The notes under the pieces: generated by a model
Database searches by the model: none
What the model saw: the letters and a program-made list of their open reading frames with translations, nothing else
Told to the model about the DNA's origin: nothing
Position numbers and translations under genes: made by a program
NCBI GenBank assembly: GCA_963777155.1
Contig: CAVZPM010000007.1
Span: 1-64,000 of the forward strand
Direction of reading: 5' to 3'
Source of the DNA: Candidatus Bathyarchaeota archaeon
GTDB lineage: Archaea; Thermoproteota; Bathyarchaeia; Bathyarchaeales; Bathycorpusculaceae
Length of the DNA: 64,000 nt
Part shown: piece by piece, positions 1 through 10,849 of the stretch
Numbering within the stretch: the stretch's first letter is position 1
Layout of the letters: every line of letters starts with the position of its first letter

Positions 1-35
1 GCACATACATTTTGCAGTAGGCGCTTCGTTCAACA

Positions 36-278
36 TTACTTTCGCTTCCTAAATACTTTATGCCCTGCAATTTCGGTATGAAACTCAAAGCCAATTTCCA
101 AGAGCTTTATTGCATCTTCTAACTCGTCAGCGACTTTAACGATAAACTCATTATGAGTGTTGGAGAAGGAGTTCTTTTTCTCGTTTTATGCCTTACATTA
201 CTCTCTTGAACTAACGAATTTTTACTTTCTCCTTTACTCGTTTCTCCTATTCCTCTTGCGTTATTATCCCCCCTTCAA
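36..278 (-). pseudogene. small ORF or remnant resembling the C-terminal tail of Bathyarchaeia tyrosine recombinases; two apparent frameshifts
   Basis: Manual translation ends NEFIVKVADELEDAIKLLEIGFEFHTEIAGHKVFRKRK*; GAGGTG RBS before TTG at 278; no catalytic domain upstream. Confidence 0.45.
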
Positions 279-498
279 TAGCACCTCAATTAAGGTAGAG
301 TGCACACCTATCTAAGAGATGTTTAAACAGGATATGTAAAAAAAAGAGGATTATTTAGTATAAAAGTGGATGGAAGTTGGCGCCGGCGAAAGGACCCTAT
401 TGCCTACATCCACAAGCAAACTAAGCAACTTACGCTTAACACATTCAGCATTAACCAACTAAGAAATTCAACAAAAAAAGAAAAAGAGGGCTTTGATT

Positions 499-3142
499 TT
501 ATGCCCGTTTTCTGAGCATCAGTATTGCTAGAACTGCTCCGACTAATACTATTACAATAATTATTGCTGCGACTGCTGGTACAAAGTATTGGTCCGTCAT
601 GGTTGCTGGTTGAGGTGACGCGGTTGGGGAAGCTGCGGGCGCTTCGTCAGCGATGAAGGCTGTTTGAGCGGACGAGCCATAGTACGAGTTTGTGCCTGCG
701 AAGGTTGCAATAACGGTGTATTTACCTGAAATGTCAGGGGCCCATCCTAAGCTGTATGTGCCGCTTGCATCGCTTGTGGTACTGCCGATTGTTCTGTAAT
801 TGCCGTTTGAGTCGATAACGCTGATTTGAACGTTGACACCTTGGATGTTTGCTGGCTTTGCGAATTGTTCATAAACATATTGCATCCAGCTTGTCATGTT
901 GCTGTCTGAGACTGCAGGTACTCCATTGGGGAAACGTAGTTGTATAGCGGTTTGTTGTGTGCCTGGTGAGACATCAGTTACTGTACCTCTTATGATAATG
1001 CTATCTCCTACTGAAACGCCTGACATTGGAGCATCAACAGTAACGGAGCTTGGACCTTTGCCGATTGCATAGATTTGTTGATCATAACTGTTCATAGCTG
1101 CAATTATGCTGTCGCCAATGATTGGGTATCCACCCCAGTGGGTTCCTCTTAGCAATCCATCTGCTCTCCATATGAGATCGCCAGTTGTTGCGTTAAGGGC
1201 AATCATTGGAGCATCGGGTGGCAGAGATTGTTCGTATCCGGAGTGTTCGGTGTGAATTACATAGATTATTCCGTTTGCAATGAACATTGGGTATAGGGGC
1301 CATTGTGAGAAGGCAGAGCCTGCAGCATTTGGGTTGTTTGCGGTGTAACTCCATAAGAGGGTGCCTGTCAGCGTATCGTAGCAGTAAAGGATTCCTGCGT
1401 ATCCAGCGGCGTAGAATTTGCCATCATAGATTTGGTTAACTGAACGGGCTGATGTTCCAGCGAGTCCCATGGTGTAGAAATCTAGGTAGTCGTGAGGTTG
1501 ACTTACCCACATAAAGTCTCCTGTTTCGGTACTAAACGCATAGTCTTGTCTTGTTTCTTTTTCCCCAAAAACAATTATACCGTTTTTAGATATGTCACTC
1601 ATTGCTTGCCATGCTATAGTTACGTTGCCTTGAATCCAGTCTGCTGGAGGTGCCCAACTTTTACTGAATAACAATTGTCCTGCGCTGTTTGGTGCTATGC
1701 TTATTGCCCATAGGTTGACTCCTGCAGATGAGGCTGAGCCGCCGATTATTCGGTCATTTTGGACTCCATAGACTGCGCCAGGTAAGTTGGTGGGTATAGT
1801 TACGTTCCACATATATCCAGCAAATCCTGTTGGCGTTAAATAGTAGCTTGCAGGTTGTCCGGCGAGGTTTGTTGTTCCAGCAAGACCTGTTCCGTTAACG
1901 ATTTTTCCTTCAGCGACCCATTGTTCTATGTCAGTTGATCCCACTACGGCTGAGTTATAAAGTGCGGGTATGTTGGTTGAGTTCCATAGGGTAAGGTAAC
2001 CTCTTGCTATGTTTGTTGTGTAGATGAGAATTTCTCCGTTTTCGCCGAATACTGTGTTTCCTGAGGGAACACCATATATTGCGTAAGTGAAGCTGCCAGT
2101 GTATGGGTCAAATGCGCACCAGGTTGTTCCTGCCGTTGACGGTAATCCTAAGAGAGGTAATGTTGCGCTGTTTGCTGTTGCCCATAGATATGGATATGTG
2201 CCTAGAAGGTTAATTGAGTTCCATTGCATTAATTGTCCGCGTGTTAGGGTTAGGTTGTTGAGCAAGGTTTTTGACCACAAGGTTTGACCTGTGTGCAGAT
2301 TCATTGCAGTTATTTGGTGTATCTTTGAGGTGCTTGGATATTCGTCGTAGTAGAGGTTTCCTAACATGATGAGACTGCCAAGGAATTTGCCTTGATATGC
2401 GTCTCCTATTGTTACTCGGTTGTTGGTGATTTCTCCGGTGATTGAGCTTTCTGCGCCTCCGATGAGACCGCCTGCAGTTATGGGTTTACTCCAGAGTATG
2501 TGTGGTGACTTGTGGAGCATAGTCGTTACCCCATGCGATGCGGTTGTAGGTGCCTGCGTTGTTGGAGGCTGGAAGCCAGTTGCCGCCGATGTTTTGCCAA
2601 CTTTGGAATTGGTCATTTATGGGGCGTGTCCAGTATTCTGTTGGGAGGGGTTGGCTTTGGTAGCTAGGAATTGGTTCTGTTTGGACGGAAAGTACTACTG
2701 CTTCACTTGAACTAGCCAACATTGTCGCGCCAGTTGGAATAACTAGACCGTTGGAGTTGATTGCTGCCGGATTTGTTTGTTGTGGGAAGAACGACTGTAG
2801 AGTGTAGTTTCCGGCGATTGTGGGTGTGTAAATGGTGAATGATCCACCCGTTGCATCGGTTCTGAATGGACCGAGTGTTTCATTGGTTCCGTCTGGGTGT
2901 GTGATGGTGACCGTGAGACCTTGCCATCCATATTGGGGTGCTGCTAATTGATCAGTAATCCCCAAGCGAATGACGGCTTGTTGACCGACGCCGACAGGAT
3001 TGGGTGTAGCGCCAACGAAAGCATAGGTTTTAAGTGTTCCTTGTGCATCAACAGTTGATACTGTAAATGCGGAAATAGCCGTTGAAGATAATAGAATCAG
3101 AGCTATTATTGTGGTTAGAGTCTTTGTTTTTATTTTTTGCAT
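499..3142 (-). CDS. large secreted PQQ-like beta-propeller surface protein with C-terminal membrane anchor; frameshift near 2510
   Basis: ORF 2486..3142 (signal peptide, PNPVGVGQ) joins ORF 499..2616 at YAP(Q)SPHILWSKP; repeated A.D..TG..LW motifs; TM helix plus RKRA tail. Confidence 0.8.
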
Positions 3143-3604
3143 TTTTCTTTTTTCTCCTTTAAGTGCTTACTCTTCTGAGAAAGCACACAAACAATTTTAA
3201 CTTGTAGATTAATAATCCTTTGCGAAGTTGGTCTTGTGGATCTTCTGTAAGCAAAAAGACGCGCTCCAAATTAAGGATTGATTAGATATTCTTTGAAAAA
3301 TTGATTGAATAACGAGGAGAGTAATATTTAGAACTTGTCACGGTTTTGTTGTGTAAGTAAACCTGTTTCTTGCGGCAGTTGAAAAAAAGAAAAAGAGAAT
3401 TGTGTACGGAGAGGAGAAATCACCAGAAAAGACTTGTCCCTATATAGGCACTTCGTCTGTTGCATGCGTTGCAATATCTGATTTCCAGTTTGGTATTAAT
3501 CTGTTTCCTAACCCAAAAAATATTCTTGAAAAGTTAGATGATTTCTACTATAAGAGCAGTTTTAAGGTACTTCACGCATAGATAATTATGCTTGGGTAAG
3601 GGCT

Positions 3605-4852
3605 ATGGCAACCGACGAAGTGCAAACATTACTAGTCGAATTTATAAACAAAAACTCTAACGTCGTCGATGTCCAATGGGACCGACGAATGACCCCCAGA
3701 CTGCTATTTAACCCATACTCAGAAAAATTTGAAGAAAGAAAAATCGCCGCTCACTATTTCCTGCTCGCCGCCTCAATCCTCGACGACACAATCGTAGGAT
3801 ACCCAGAAAATGCTCGGATGCTCCTTGTCTACCTTCATGAAGCCTTCGGTAGCACGTTCTTTGAAATTAAAAAAGCGCATCTTTTCGAAGAGGAAATCGT
3901 GAAAGCTGACTTTTACCACGACTTAGGCCCTAATAAGAAGGCTGCATCAGAAATTTTTGCCCAAATAAACCTCTTTGTTAAACTTAAAGCAGAACGAAAC
4001 CTTCTGCAGTACGCTCAAAAATTTACTAAACCAAAGGACTTTATTGAAGACCTTGCTCAAAACATCCCCGCGTTGGCTGGTCCCCATAAAGATAAACTCT
4101 GGATTTATATGCGGTGGATGGTCCGTCCCCAACCAGACCTGCAAATCTACGACCACTTCCTACCCGAAGACCTCTACGTGCCGCTTACTAAAGAGAACGC
4201 TAATGTCGCAGCCAGTCTAGGCGTGATTGAATCAGCTTCACCATCTGTTTGGCGAGACGAAAAAACAGCATCGGAAGCACGTCAAAAACTAACATATTTT
4301 GCAAAACGCCTTTTTCCACAAGATCCCGCAAAAGTCGATTATCCCTTTTTTCTCTTGGGCAGGTGGCTTAAACAGAAAACCCTAAACCGCTACACACTAA
4401 AAACCGCCCTTGACTTTCTAGAACGTATGCAAAAAATCACGGGACAATCGCAAGCTTATTACCAAAAAATGAGCCGGTACAAGAGTGGATGGGAAAAAAA
4501 AACTGCCTTAACGCTTCTTCGAATGCACATACCATACGGTTACGAAACAATTAGTTTTCCCCTTCCAAATGAGGTCTATACTCCAGATTTCATTTTGGAG
4601 AAAACGGTTCAGGGAAGAAAAATAATTCTTGAACCCCACTTTGAGATGACTAAAAAACAAGCACGTAAATATGCTCTCTTTAAAAGAACCTATGGACACA
4701 AATTCGTATTGATTCTTCTTTTAAAAAACGATTTAATCTCCATGTATCACCAACGTAAGATTTTAACTGACGATGTCTGCGACGATGTTTGGCCAATTGA
4801 ATTCGTTCATTTGCTCGCGGAGAAGATTAGACGGGGTACATATGGTCAATAA
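3605..4852 (+). CDS. DUF2400/TIGR02757-like (HhH-GPD fold) domain fused to a C-terminal T7 endonuclease I-like PD-(D/E)XK domain
   Basis: YMRWMVRP.PDL, LYVPL and FPQDPAKVDYP motifs; C-terminal YKSGWEKK...YE...YTPDFIL...ILEPH. Confidence 0.65.
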   Translation: MATDEVQTLLVEFINKNSNVVDVQWDRRMTPRLLFNPYSEKFEERKIAAHYFLLAASILDDTIVGYPENARMLLVYLHEAFGSTFFEIKKAHLFEEEIVKADFYHDLGPNKKAASEIFAQINLFVKLKAERNLLQYAQKFTKPKDFIEDLAQNIPALAGPHKDKLWIYMRWMVRPQPDLQIYDHFLPEDLYVPLTKENANVAASLGVIESASPSVWRDEKTASEARQKLTYFAKRLFPQDPAKVDYPFFLLGRWLKQKTLNRYTLKTALDFLERMQKITGQSQAYYQKMSRYKSGWEKKTALTLLRMHIPYGYETISFPLPNEVYTPDFILEKTVQGRKIILEPHFEMTKKQARKYALFKRTYGHKFVLILLLKNDLISMYHQRKILTDDVCDDVWPIEFVHLLAEKIRRGTYGQ

Positions 4853-4976
4853 TTTTTTCCAGCCAACTTTTGGGTGCTTTAATATTTACTTCAAGTATTT
4901 CTTTTAATCTAAATATTGTATCTTAAGGGGCAAAGGATTTTATTTAGCAAGCAACCAAGAACTGTAATGTATTAAC

Positions 4977-5771
4977 ATGACCTCTATTGTCAGCCGGACA
5001 TTTAGTAAAGTCAAAATCCAGATAGAAGACATTTCTTTTCACAAAAGCATGAGGGGTACTGCATTAATCGTACTAAATATAGTAAACCGCAGAAAACTCC
5101 CTTTGCCGGTTGCAGTCTATAATCATTTTACGGGTTATGGCAAAGAGAATTGTGAAGATATTGTAGGTTATGAAGACTACATCGAAAAATATATGCTGCC
5201 TGAAGAAGGTAAATGTTTAGTTGACATAGGTGCCAGCGTCGGGGAATGGACGGTTTTTGCTGCAAAAGCTGGACGAGAGGTGTATGCCTTCGAACCAAGC
5301 CCCAAAGCATATGACGTTCTAAGAAAGAGAACCCAGAAGTATCCAAACGTTCAGGTTTACCCTTATGCTTTGGGCGATAAAGATGGCGTTGGACGAATAG
5401 GTTTAGCTGCGCTCTCTTTAAGCGGCACTATGGATGTAGAAATCAAAGGTCTCCACAATGGAGGAACAATCGATGTGCCCGTCCGCTCTCTGGACAGTCT
5501 AAACATTCCTAACATAGGGATAATCAAAATTGACACAGAGGGCTATGAAACTCCTATACTGCGTGGTGCTAAAGAAACGATTGAAAAGAACAAGCCTCGA
5601 TTAATCATTGAAGTTCATAGGGCAAGTGGCAAAGCAGCAGAAACATTTCCTGAAGAACTGCAAAGAATAAGAGATATCTTGAAAGATTATGGTTACACCT
5701 GGGAATTGTATTCGAGAAGAATAAGTCTACGTGATTTGCAACCCCACATTGTTGCTGAACCCAAGATTTGA
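4977..5771 (+). CDS. FkbM family SAM-dependent methyltransferase
   Basis: VDIGASVG, YAFEP and IKIDTEGYE motifs. Confidence 0.85.
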   Translation: MTSIVSRTFSKVKIQIEDISFHKSMRGTALIVLNIVNRRKLPLPVAVYNHFTGYGKENCEDIVGYEDYIEKYMLPEEGKCLVDIGASVGEWTVFAAKAGREVYAFEPSPKAYDVLRKRTQKYPNVQVYPYALGDKDGVGRIGLAALSLSGTMDVEIKGLHNGGTIDVPVRSLDSLNIPNIGIIKIDTEGYETPILRGAKETIEKNKPRLIIEVHRASGKAAETFPEELQRIRDILKDYGYTWELYSRRISLRDLQPHIVAEPKI

Positions 5772-5810
5772 CAGATTTCTATAAGAGCTAGTTTATGTAC
5801 CTCTTGCTTA

Positions 5811-6176
5811 ATGTCGCAGGATAACTTCAAACCAACCGTTGTTTGGCTTATAATTAATGGTCGAACAGAAGAAGCGCTTGACATTTTGTCAAGTCATTAT
5901 CGTGTGGCAACTCCAAAATTGAAAGTGGGCTTGCCTAAAAAACATAAGATCAGAGCCTACGGCTGCTACACTGCCAAAAACCAAACTATTGCTGTTCAAA
6001 ACAGCGATGTACTGATTAACCCCTTCGTGATTCTCCATGAATTCTACCATCATTTGCGTAGCAAAGGGGTAGATAAATTGCATCGGGGAACGGAGGGTAA
6101 CGCTGATAAATTTGCCTTAGATTTTCTTATGCATTATCAGTTATCCGCTAAGAAATCCCAAGACTACATTTCATAG
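5811..6176 (+). CDS. small zincin-like protein (HExxH)
   Basis: ILHEFYHH followed by E..AD.FA. Confidence 0.6.
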   Translation: MSQDNFKPTVVWLIINGRTEEALDILSSHYRVATPKLKVGLPKKHKIRAYGCYTAKNQTIAVQNSDVLINPFVILHEFYHHLRSKGVDKLHRGTEGNADKFALDFLMHYQLSAKKSQDYIS

Positions 6177-6589
6177 AAGTCTTCGTCATCGCATTTAGTG
6201 GGGGCAGTTATTTCTATTGGGATTCTGTCTCCTTCAGAATCGTATGCTGCGATGCAACTTTTTCCTTCAAATGGATAACCCACAATCATAAGGACCCGCC
6301 CAAAAAAATAGTTCAAATCGGTGTCGCTGGGTGAAATGTTTCCTGACGGATGAGAATGGACGGTTCCGACCAACGAATAATCTCCCGTAAACATGTAAGG
6401 GTTGAAATGGGCAAAACCTTCGCCATGAACAGCAAAGGGAGCCAAAACCAGGTCAGTTATGTTGATAATACCTTTGTTTTTTCTGCCTCGGAGCATCAGG
6501 AAACTTTCGCGTGGGTAGAGTTCTTTGGCGCCTGCATAGACGGCATCAAGAATGTTACTTGGAATATGGACAGTTGTATTTGGTGGCAT
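6164..6589 (-). CDS. JAB/MPN (Mov34) metalloprotease
   Basis: YPRE and VHSHPSG...PS..D JAMM motif; start moved to 6589 because the longer ORF overlaps the tRNA. Confidence 0.85.
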   Translation of the reverse strand: MPPNTTVHIPSNILDAVYAGAKELYPRESFLMLRGRKNKGIINITDLVLAPFAVHGEGFAHFNPYMFTGDYSLVGTVHSHPSGNISPSDTDLNYFFGRVLMIVGYPFEGKSCIAAYDSEGDRIPIEITAPTKCDDEDFYEM

Positions 6590-6693
6590 GCAACAACGGT
6601 TATGAAGGTGGGTTAAGAACTTTTGCCAATAATCTTTGTTTTGGATTCGGTAAACATTTAAGACACAGTGAACTAGAACTGTTGATTCGTAGT

Positions 6694-6781
6694 GCCGAGG
6701 TGGCAGAGTGGTTAACGCGCGGGCCTTGAGAGCCCGTGGAACATCCGTTCCGCATGGGTTCGAATCCCATCCTCGGCGCCA
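6694..6781 (+). tRNA. tRNA-Ser(TGA) with encoded CCA
   Basis: GCCGAGG/CCTCGGC acceptor stem, CGGGC-CTTGAGA-GCCCG anticodon arm, long variable arm, GGTTCGAATCC T-arm. Confidence 0.95.
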
Positions 6782-6787
6782 CATTTC

Positions 6788-8875
6788 TTAATTCTTCAAC
6801 ATTTCAATCATTTTGCTAACATTGTTTGTGGGAGGCAAACAGGTTTGGTTACGGCAAACGTAAACAGTAGGTTTACCTTCGATTTGTTCATACATAACGC
6901 CAGTGGATGTGAATTGTGCGCTTTGGGGCGTCAACATTTTAACAGTCAAATTTGGCAGGTAAATTTTTCTTAAAGCATTCACCATCTCAACGCTATAATT
7001 ATCCTCTGGGTCACCTACTACAACAATGTTGAAAGTTGGTCCAAGGGCAAACTCCAAGCCAACAAGCATAAAGGAGTGGCCAATCGGTTGATTTCTAATG
7101 TCTTCGGAAAATGATTTTAGAAGTTTTTTACCATAACTCTCAAATCCTGTCTCATTAACCAGCTGGGACAAACGCAGTAGATTAAGAAGCGCAACCGAGT
7201 TCCCAGATGGAACTGCTCCATCATAAATTTCTTTTAAACTCGGGACTCCTTCCTCAGAGTTTAGGCTGGCAAAGAAGAAGCCGCCGTTTTTCTCATCCCA
7301 GAAAAGCGAGATCATAGTTTGGGTTAAGTCCAAGGCAGTTTGCAGAAATTCTTCTTCGAAGCTCGCTTCGTAGAGTTCAATAAGACCAAACACAAGGTAA
7401 GCGTAGTCGTCCAAAAACCCAAAAACGGCTTTCTCACCTTTTGCGTATCGGTGAAAAAGCAAATTGTTTTGTGTCTTCATCCTTTCCAGGAAAAACTCCG
7501 CTGCTTTTATTGCCGCATCAAGATATTTAGGTTCATCTAAGACCTGACTTGCCCTAGCTAACGCGGCAATAATCATTCCATTCCAATCTGTAAGTATCTT
7601 ATCATCTTTTAAGGGATGAACTCGTCTTTCTCTGACTCTAAAAAGAACGTCGGTGATTTGCGCAAGTTTTGTGATCATTTGATTTTGCGTTAAATTGTTT
7701 TCAGCTGCTAGTTGGTCAATCGGCTTATCAAGGTGGAGGATGTTTTTGCGGTTTATGCCGCTGGGGGATTCGTAGTAGTTGCCCTCAGGCTTTATGTTAA
7801 AGAGTTTTATGGCTAAATCAGCGTCTTCGGGGGGCAAAGCTTGCTTGATTTCCTGTTCGGTCCAAACATAAAACTTCCCTTCTTCACCCTCACTGTCAGC
7901 ATCTTCAGCCGAATAAAAGCCACCTTCTTGCGACGCCAAATCCCTCAATACATAATCCGCAGTCTCTTTAGCAGTTATTCTGAATTTTTGTTGACCAGAT
8001 GCCTGGTACGCTTCAACGTACGCTAACGTTAGCAGGGCTTGATCATACAGCATTTTTTCGAAATGCGGAACCAGCCATTGTGCATCTGTGGAGTAACGGT
8101 GGAAACCCAAGCCTACTTGATCGAAAATTCCGCCTAACCTCATTTTACGTAAAGTCTTTTCAACCATGTCCCAAGCGGTTTTCTCTTTAGTTCGGCTCCA
8201 GTATCTTAACAGGAATAGAATGTTGTGAGCAGATGGAAATTTAGGTGAGCTGCCAAATCCGCCGTTTTCTGGGTCATACCGTAAAAAAAGCTGTTCGTAA
8301 GCATTATCAAGGTCTGTTTTGTCCAATTCGTTTTCGTTTCTTGTTTCTGTTTGTTGTTCTATTTGTTCTCTGAGTTCTTTGCCGATTGTTTCCATTTCTT
8401 CTTTTCTTGTTTTCCAGATTTCGCCAATCTGCGGCACAAGGCTCAACATCCCAACTGTGCCATAGCGGTTGTCTTTGGGGATGTAGCTTGCGATAAAAAA
8501 AGGGTTTTTGTCAGGGGTCATTATTACATTGAGGGGCCAACCACAATTTCGACCCATGGTTTGGCAAACAGCCATGTAAGCTGCGTCAAGATCCGGGCGT
8601 TCCTCCCGGTCGACTTTGATAGACACGAAGGTTTTATTCATTAATGCTGCAATTTGATCGTCATCGAAGCATTCTTTCTCCATGACGTGGCACCAGTGGC
8701 AAGTGGAGTAACCTATGGAGACAAAGACTGGTTTATCTTCTGATTTGGCTTTCTCGAAAGCCTCTGGGATCCATGGGTACCAGTCAACAGGGTTGTAGGC
8801 GTGTTGAAGTAGATAGGGGCTTTTTTCTTTGATAAGCCGGTTAGGTTTTCGTTTTTCTGCCGAAGAATTTTGCAT
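6788..8875 (-). CDS. YyaL/DUF255 thioredoxin-domain protein
   Basis: [39 protein letters not shown]. Confidence 0.92.
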   Translation of the reverse strand: MQNSSAEKRKPNRLIKEKSPYLLQHAYNPVDWYPWIPEAFEKAKSEDKPVFVSIGYSTCHWCHVMEKECFDDDQIAALMNKTFVSIKVDREERPDLDAAYMAVCQTMGRNCGWPLNVIMTPDKNPFFIASYIPKDNRYGTVGMLSLVPQIGEIWKTRKEEMETIGKELREQIEQQTETRNENELDKTDLDNAYEQLFLRYDPENGGFGSSPKFPSAHNILFLLRYWSRTKEKTAWDMVEKTLRKMRLGGIFDQVGLGFHRYSTDAQWLVPHFEKMLYDQALLTLAYVEAYQASGQQKFRITAKETADYVLRDLASQEGGFYSAEDADSEGEEGKFYVWTEQEIKQALPPEDADLAIKLFNIKPEGNYYESPSGINRKNILHLDKPIDQLAAENNLTQNQMITKLAQITDVLFRVRERRVHPLKDDKILTDWNGMIIAALARASQVLDEPKYLDAAIKAAEFFLERMKTQNNLLFHRYAKGEKAVFGFLDDYAYLVFGLIELYEASFEEEFLQTALDLTQTMISLFWDEKNGGFFFASLNSEEGVPSLKEIYDGAVPSGNSVALLNLLRLSQLVNETGFESYGKKLLKSFSEDIRNQPIGHSFMLVGLEFALGPTFNIVVVGDPEDNYSVEMVNALRKIYLPNLTVKMLTPQSAQFTSTGVMYEQIEGKPTVYVCRNQTCLPPTNNVSKMIEMLKN

Positions 8876-8942
8876 CTATTCACCATCTCCTATCAAAAAC
8901 AATGCCCCTTGGGCTTATTAGCTGTTAATAGAAAAGAAGGAT

Positions 8943-9593
8943 TTAGTAGTAGTATTTGGCTGATACAGTTGCATTGTTGGCTGCAGTTTGGTTTGTATTT
9001 CCGATGTTTATCTGCAATGTTCCTGGTAGAACTGGAAACACTGCTGTTCCTGATGTTCCTGTTGTTTTATTGTAGTCAAAGGTTGATCCAGCATAGCTGT
9101 AGTTTACTTGAACAAAGGTTGTGTCCGCTGACGCAGTGGCTTGAATCGCAACATATCCGGCGTAGTATATTGTGGCGCTAAAGATGGAAGTAGTCGAGTT
9201 CGCATCTTGGGTAAAGACTTGTTGAGAAAGCAAGACATCTGATGCGTTCATCGTCGCGACGTTGTAGTATCCAGATAATTGACCATTTAAGGTTGAAATT
9301 TCCTCATTTAAGTTGGATATCTGCTCATTTAAGGAGGCAATTTGGTTTTGGTAAACTGTTGAGTTGGGGGTTTGTGAAATCTGTGACTCTAAAATAGCAA
9401 GTTGCGACTGCAAAGATGTAATCGTACTATCCTTACTAGCTATCTGCGATTTTAGGTCTGCTGTGTTCCCGTTGGATACATAAAGTGCCAAAACACCGAC
9501 TAAGCTGGCTGCAAGCACAATACATGCAACAGTGAGTGCGATTACCTTGATATTTTTCTTTGGACCTGGATTGTATACACCCATATTATTCAT
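8943..9593 (-). CDS. membrane-anchored coiled-coil surface protein, hypothetical
   Basis: N-terminal TM helix, heptad-rich Q/L/S segment, beta-rich C-terminus. Confidence 0.7.
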   Translation of the reverse strand: MNNMGVYNPGPKKNIKVIALTVACIVLAASLVGVLALYVSNGNTADLKSQIASKDSTITSLQSQLAILESQISQTPNSTVYQNQIASLNEQISNLNEEISTLNGQLSGYYNVATMNASDVLLSQQVFTQDANSTTSIFSATIYYAGYVAIQATASADTTFVQVNYSYAGSTFDYNKTTGTSGTAVFPVLPGTLQINIGNTNQTAANNATVSAKYYY

Positions 9594-9688
9594 CTGCTTT
9601 TCTCTACTTTAGAATCCTTGCATATAAATAATTTTTTCCACATTACACCCAACCAACACCCAAGAAAGAAAAAGAGGGTATGTCTGAT

Positions 9689-10129
9689 CTAATATTTTAC
9701 GCTTAGATAGAACAGTACCAGCAACGCTGCCATCTCAAAAATATCGGGTAAGACTGCAAATGGACCTAGACCAAACAAGCTAAAACCGCCTAACCCAATG
9801 ATGAAGGGACTCCATGTTATGTCTTTTATCAGGAAAAGTGATGCAAAGAGCAGTAGTCCAAGGGTGAATTCAGATTTGGTTTTTCGGAAAAGACTCACGT
9901 AGTTAATTATTAGAATGATTGTTAGAACAATATTTATTGTGGATAACACGGTTCGAGCCATATAGTACAATTCTATATCTGCAGGGTTGAAGGTGTACTG
10001 TCTGGGGGCGAAGGGAAAACCAGGAGCTCTTCTAAGGCTGTTCTGATAAGTCGCCAATAAGAAGGCGGCTATCGCCGTTAAAACTATTAAAACCGCGAGC
10101 AGTATTACGATTTTTTTGGTTCTGTTCAT
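9689..10129 (-). CDS. small multi-pass membrane protein
   Basis: About four hydrophobic helices; directly follows the wHTH regulator gene. Confidence 0.7.
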   Translation of the reverse strand: MNRTKKIVILLAVLIVLTAIAAFLLATYQNSLRRAPGFPFAPRQYTFNPADIELYYMARTVLSTINIVLTIILIINYVSLFRKTKSEFTLGLLLFASLFLIKDITWSPFIIGLGGFSLFGLGPFAVLPDIFEMAALLVLFYLSVKY

Positions 10130-10159
10130 TGTTTCTTCCTCTTACTTGATCTCCTTTTT

Positions 10160-10483
10160 CTACTTTTTCCCTATTTTCTTCTCAATCTCCTCAAACAAGG
10201 AGTAGTTGTCTTCCATAACCTGCGATAGAAAATACGTTGCACCATACCTGTCTCCGATTGAGGTGATGATTTTGTTCTTCTCCAAAACTTCAAGGTGATG
10301 ACGCATCGTTTTGTAGTCCATTTTGAGCAATGTTGCCAGTTGATTCGCGTTCTGGGGGGTTTCTTTCAGAGCATCGATAATTTTCACACGGGTCGGTCCT
10401 CCTCTAGTGCCTGCGATCAACCACCCTAGCAGATATTTTAGCGATCGCGCGTTTGATGACACTTTTATCGACCTTCCGTGCAA
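10160..10483 (-). CDS. ArsR-like winged-helix transcriptional regulator
   Basis: GTRGGPTRVKII...PQNANQLA...YKTMRHHLEVL. Confidence 0.85.
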   Translation of the reverse strand: MHGRSIKVSSNARSLKYLLGWLIAGTRGGPTRVKIIDALKETPQNANQLATLLKMDYKTMRHHLEVLEKNKIITSIGDRYGATYFLSQVMEDNYSLFEEIEKKIGKK

Positions 10484-10503
10484 GATTCTTGGTCACTGTT
10501 AAT

Positions 10504-10797
10504 CGGAATTTGGTAATAAACTTGTTCTTTCAAAAACAAAGATATATGGAGTTTGGGTTAAAATTAAAATAGAAACTGACTAGTTTATCTAACAAATATC
10601 TTTTTTCAATTTTTCTTTTAAAAAGACAGTTTATTAGATTTTAAAATTTCGAATAGCTGCTTGGCAATTAGGGTTAGATTTGGGTAAGATTTTGAAAAAT
10701 TGTTTAATAATACATCGGGGTTTTTGAGGACAAGGCAACCAATAAGGGATTTGAAAAAAAAAAGGCTATAGCCCAATAATTGCCCAATCTAATCCCC
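10504..10797. promoter_or_regulatory. divergent promoter region with repeated TT(G)GGYAA-type boxes, candidate operators
   Basis: GGAATTTGGTAA, GGAGTTTGGGTTA, TTGGCAATTAGGGTTAGATTTGGGTAA and inverted GCCCAATAATTGCCCAATCTAATCCC. Confidence 0.4.
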
Positions 10798-10849
10798 TTT
10801 GAAGTCTCTTGTTGGTTGCCAATATATGTTTAGACTGATGGTGTTACAT

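Noticed and set aside
6590-6784. N-terminal extension of the JAB ORF and ORF 6600..6782
   Set aside because: Antisense read-through of tRNA-Ser.
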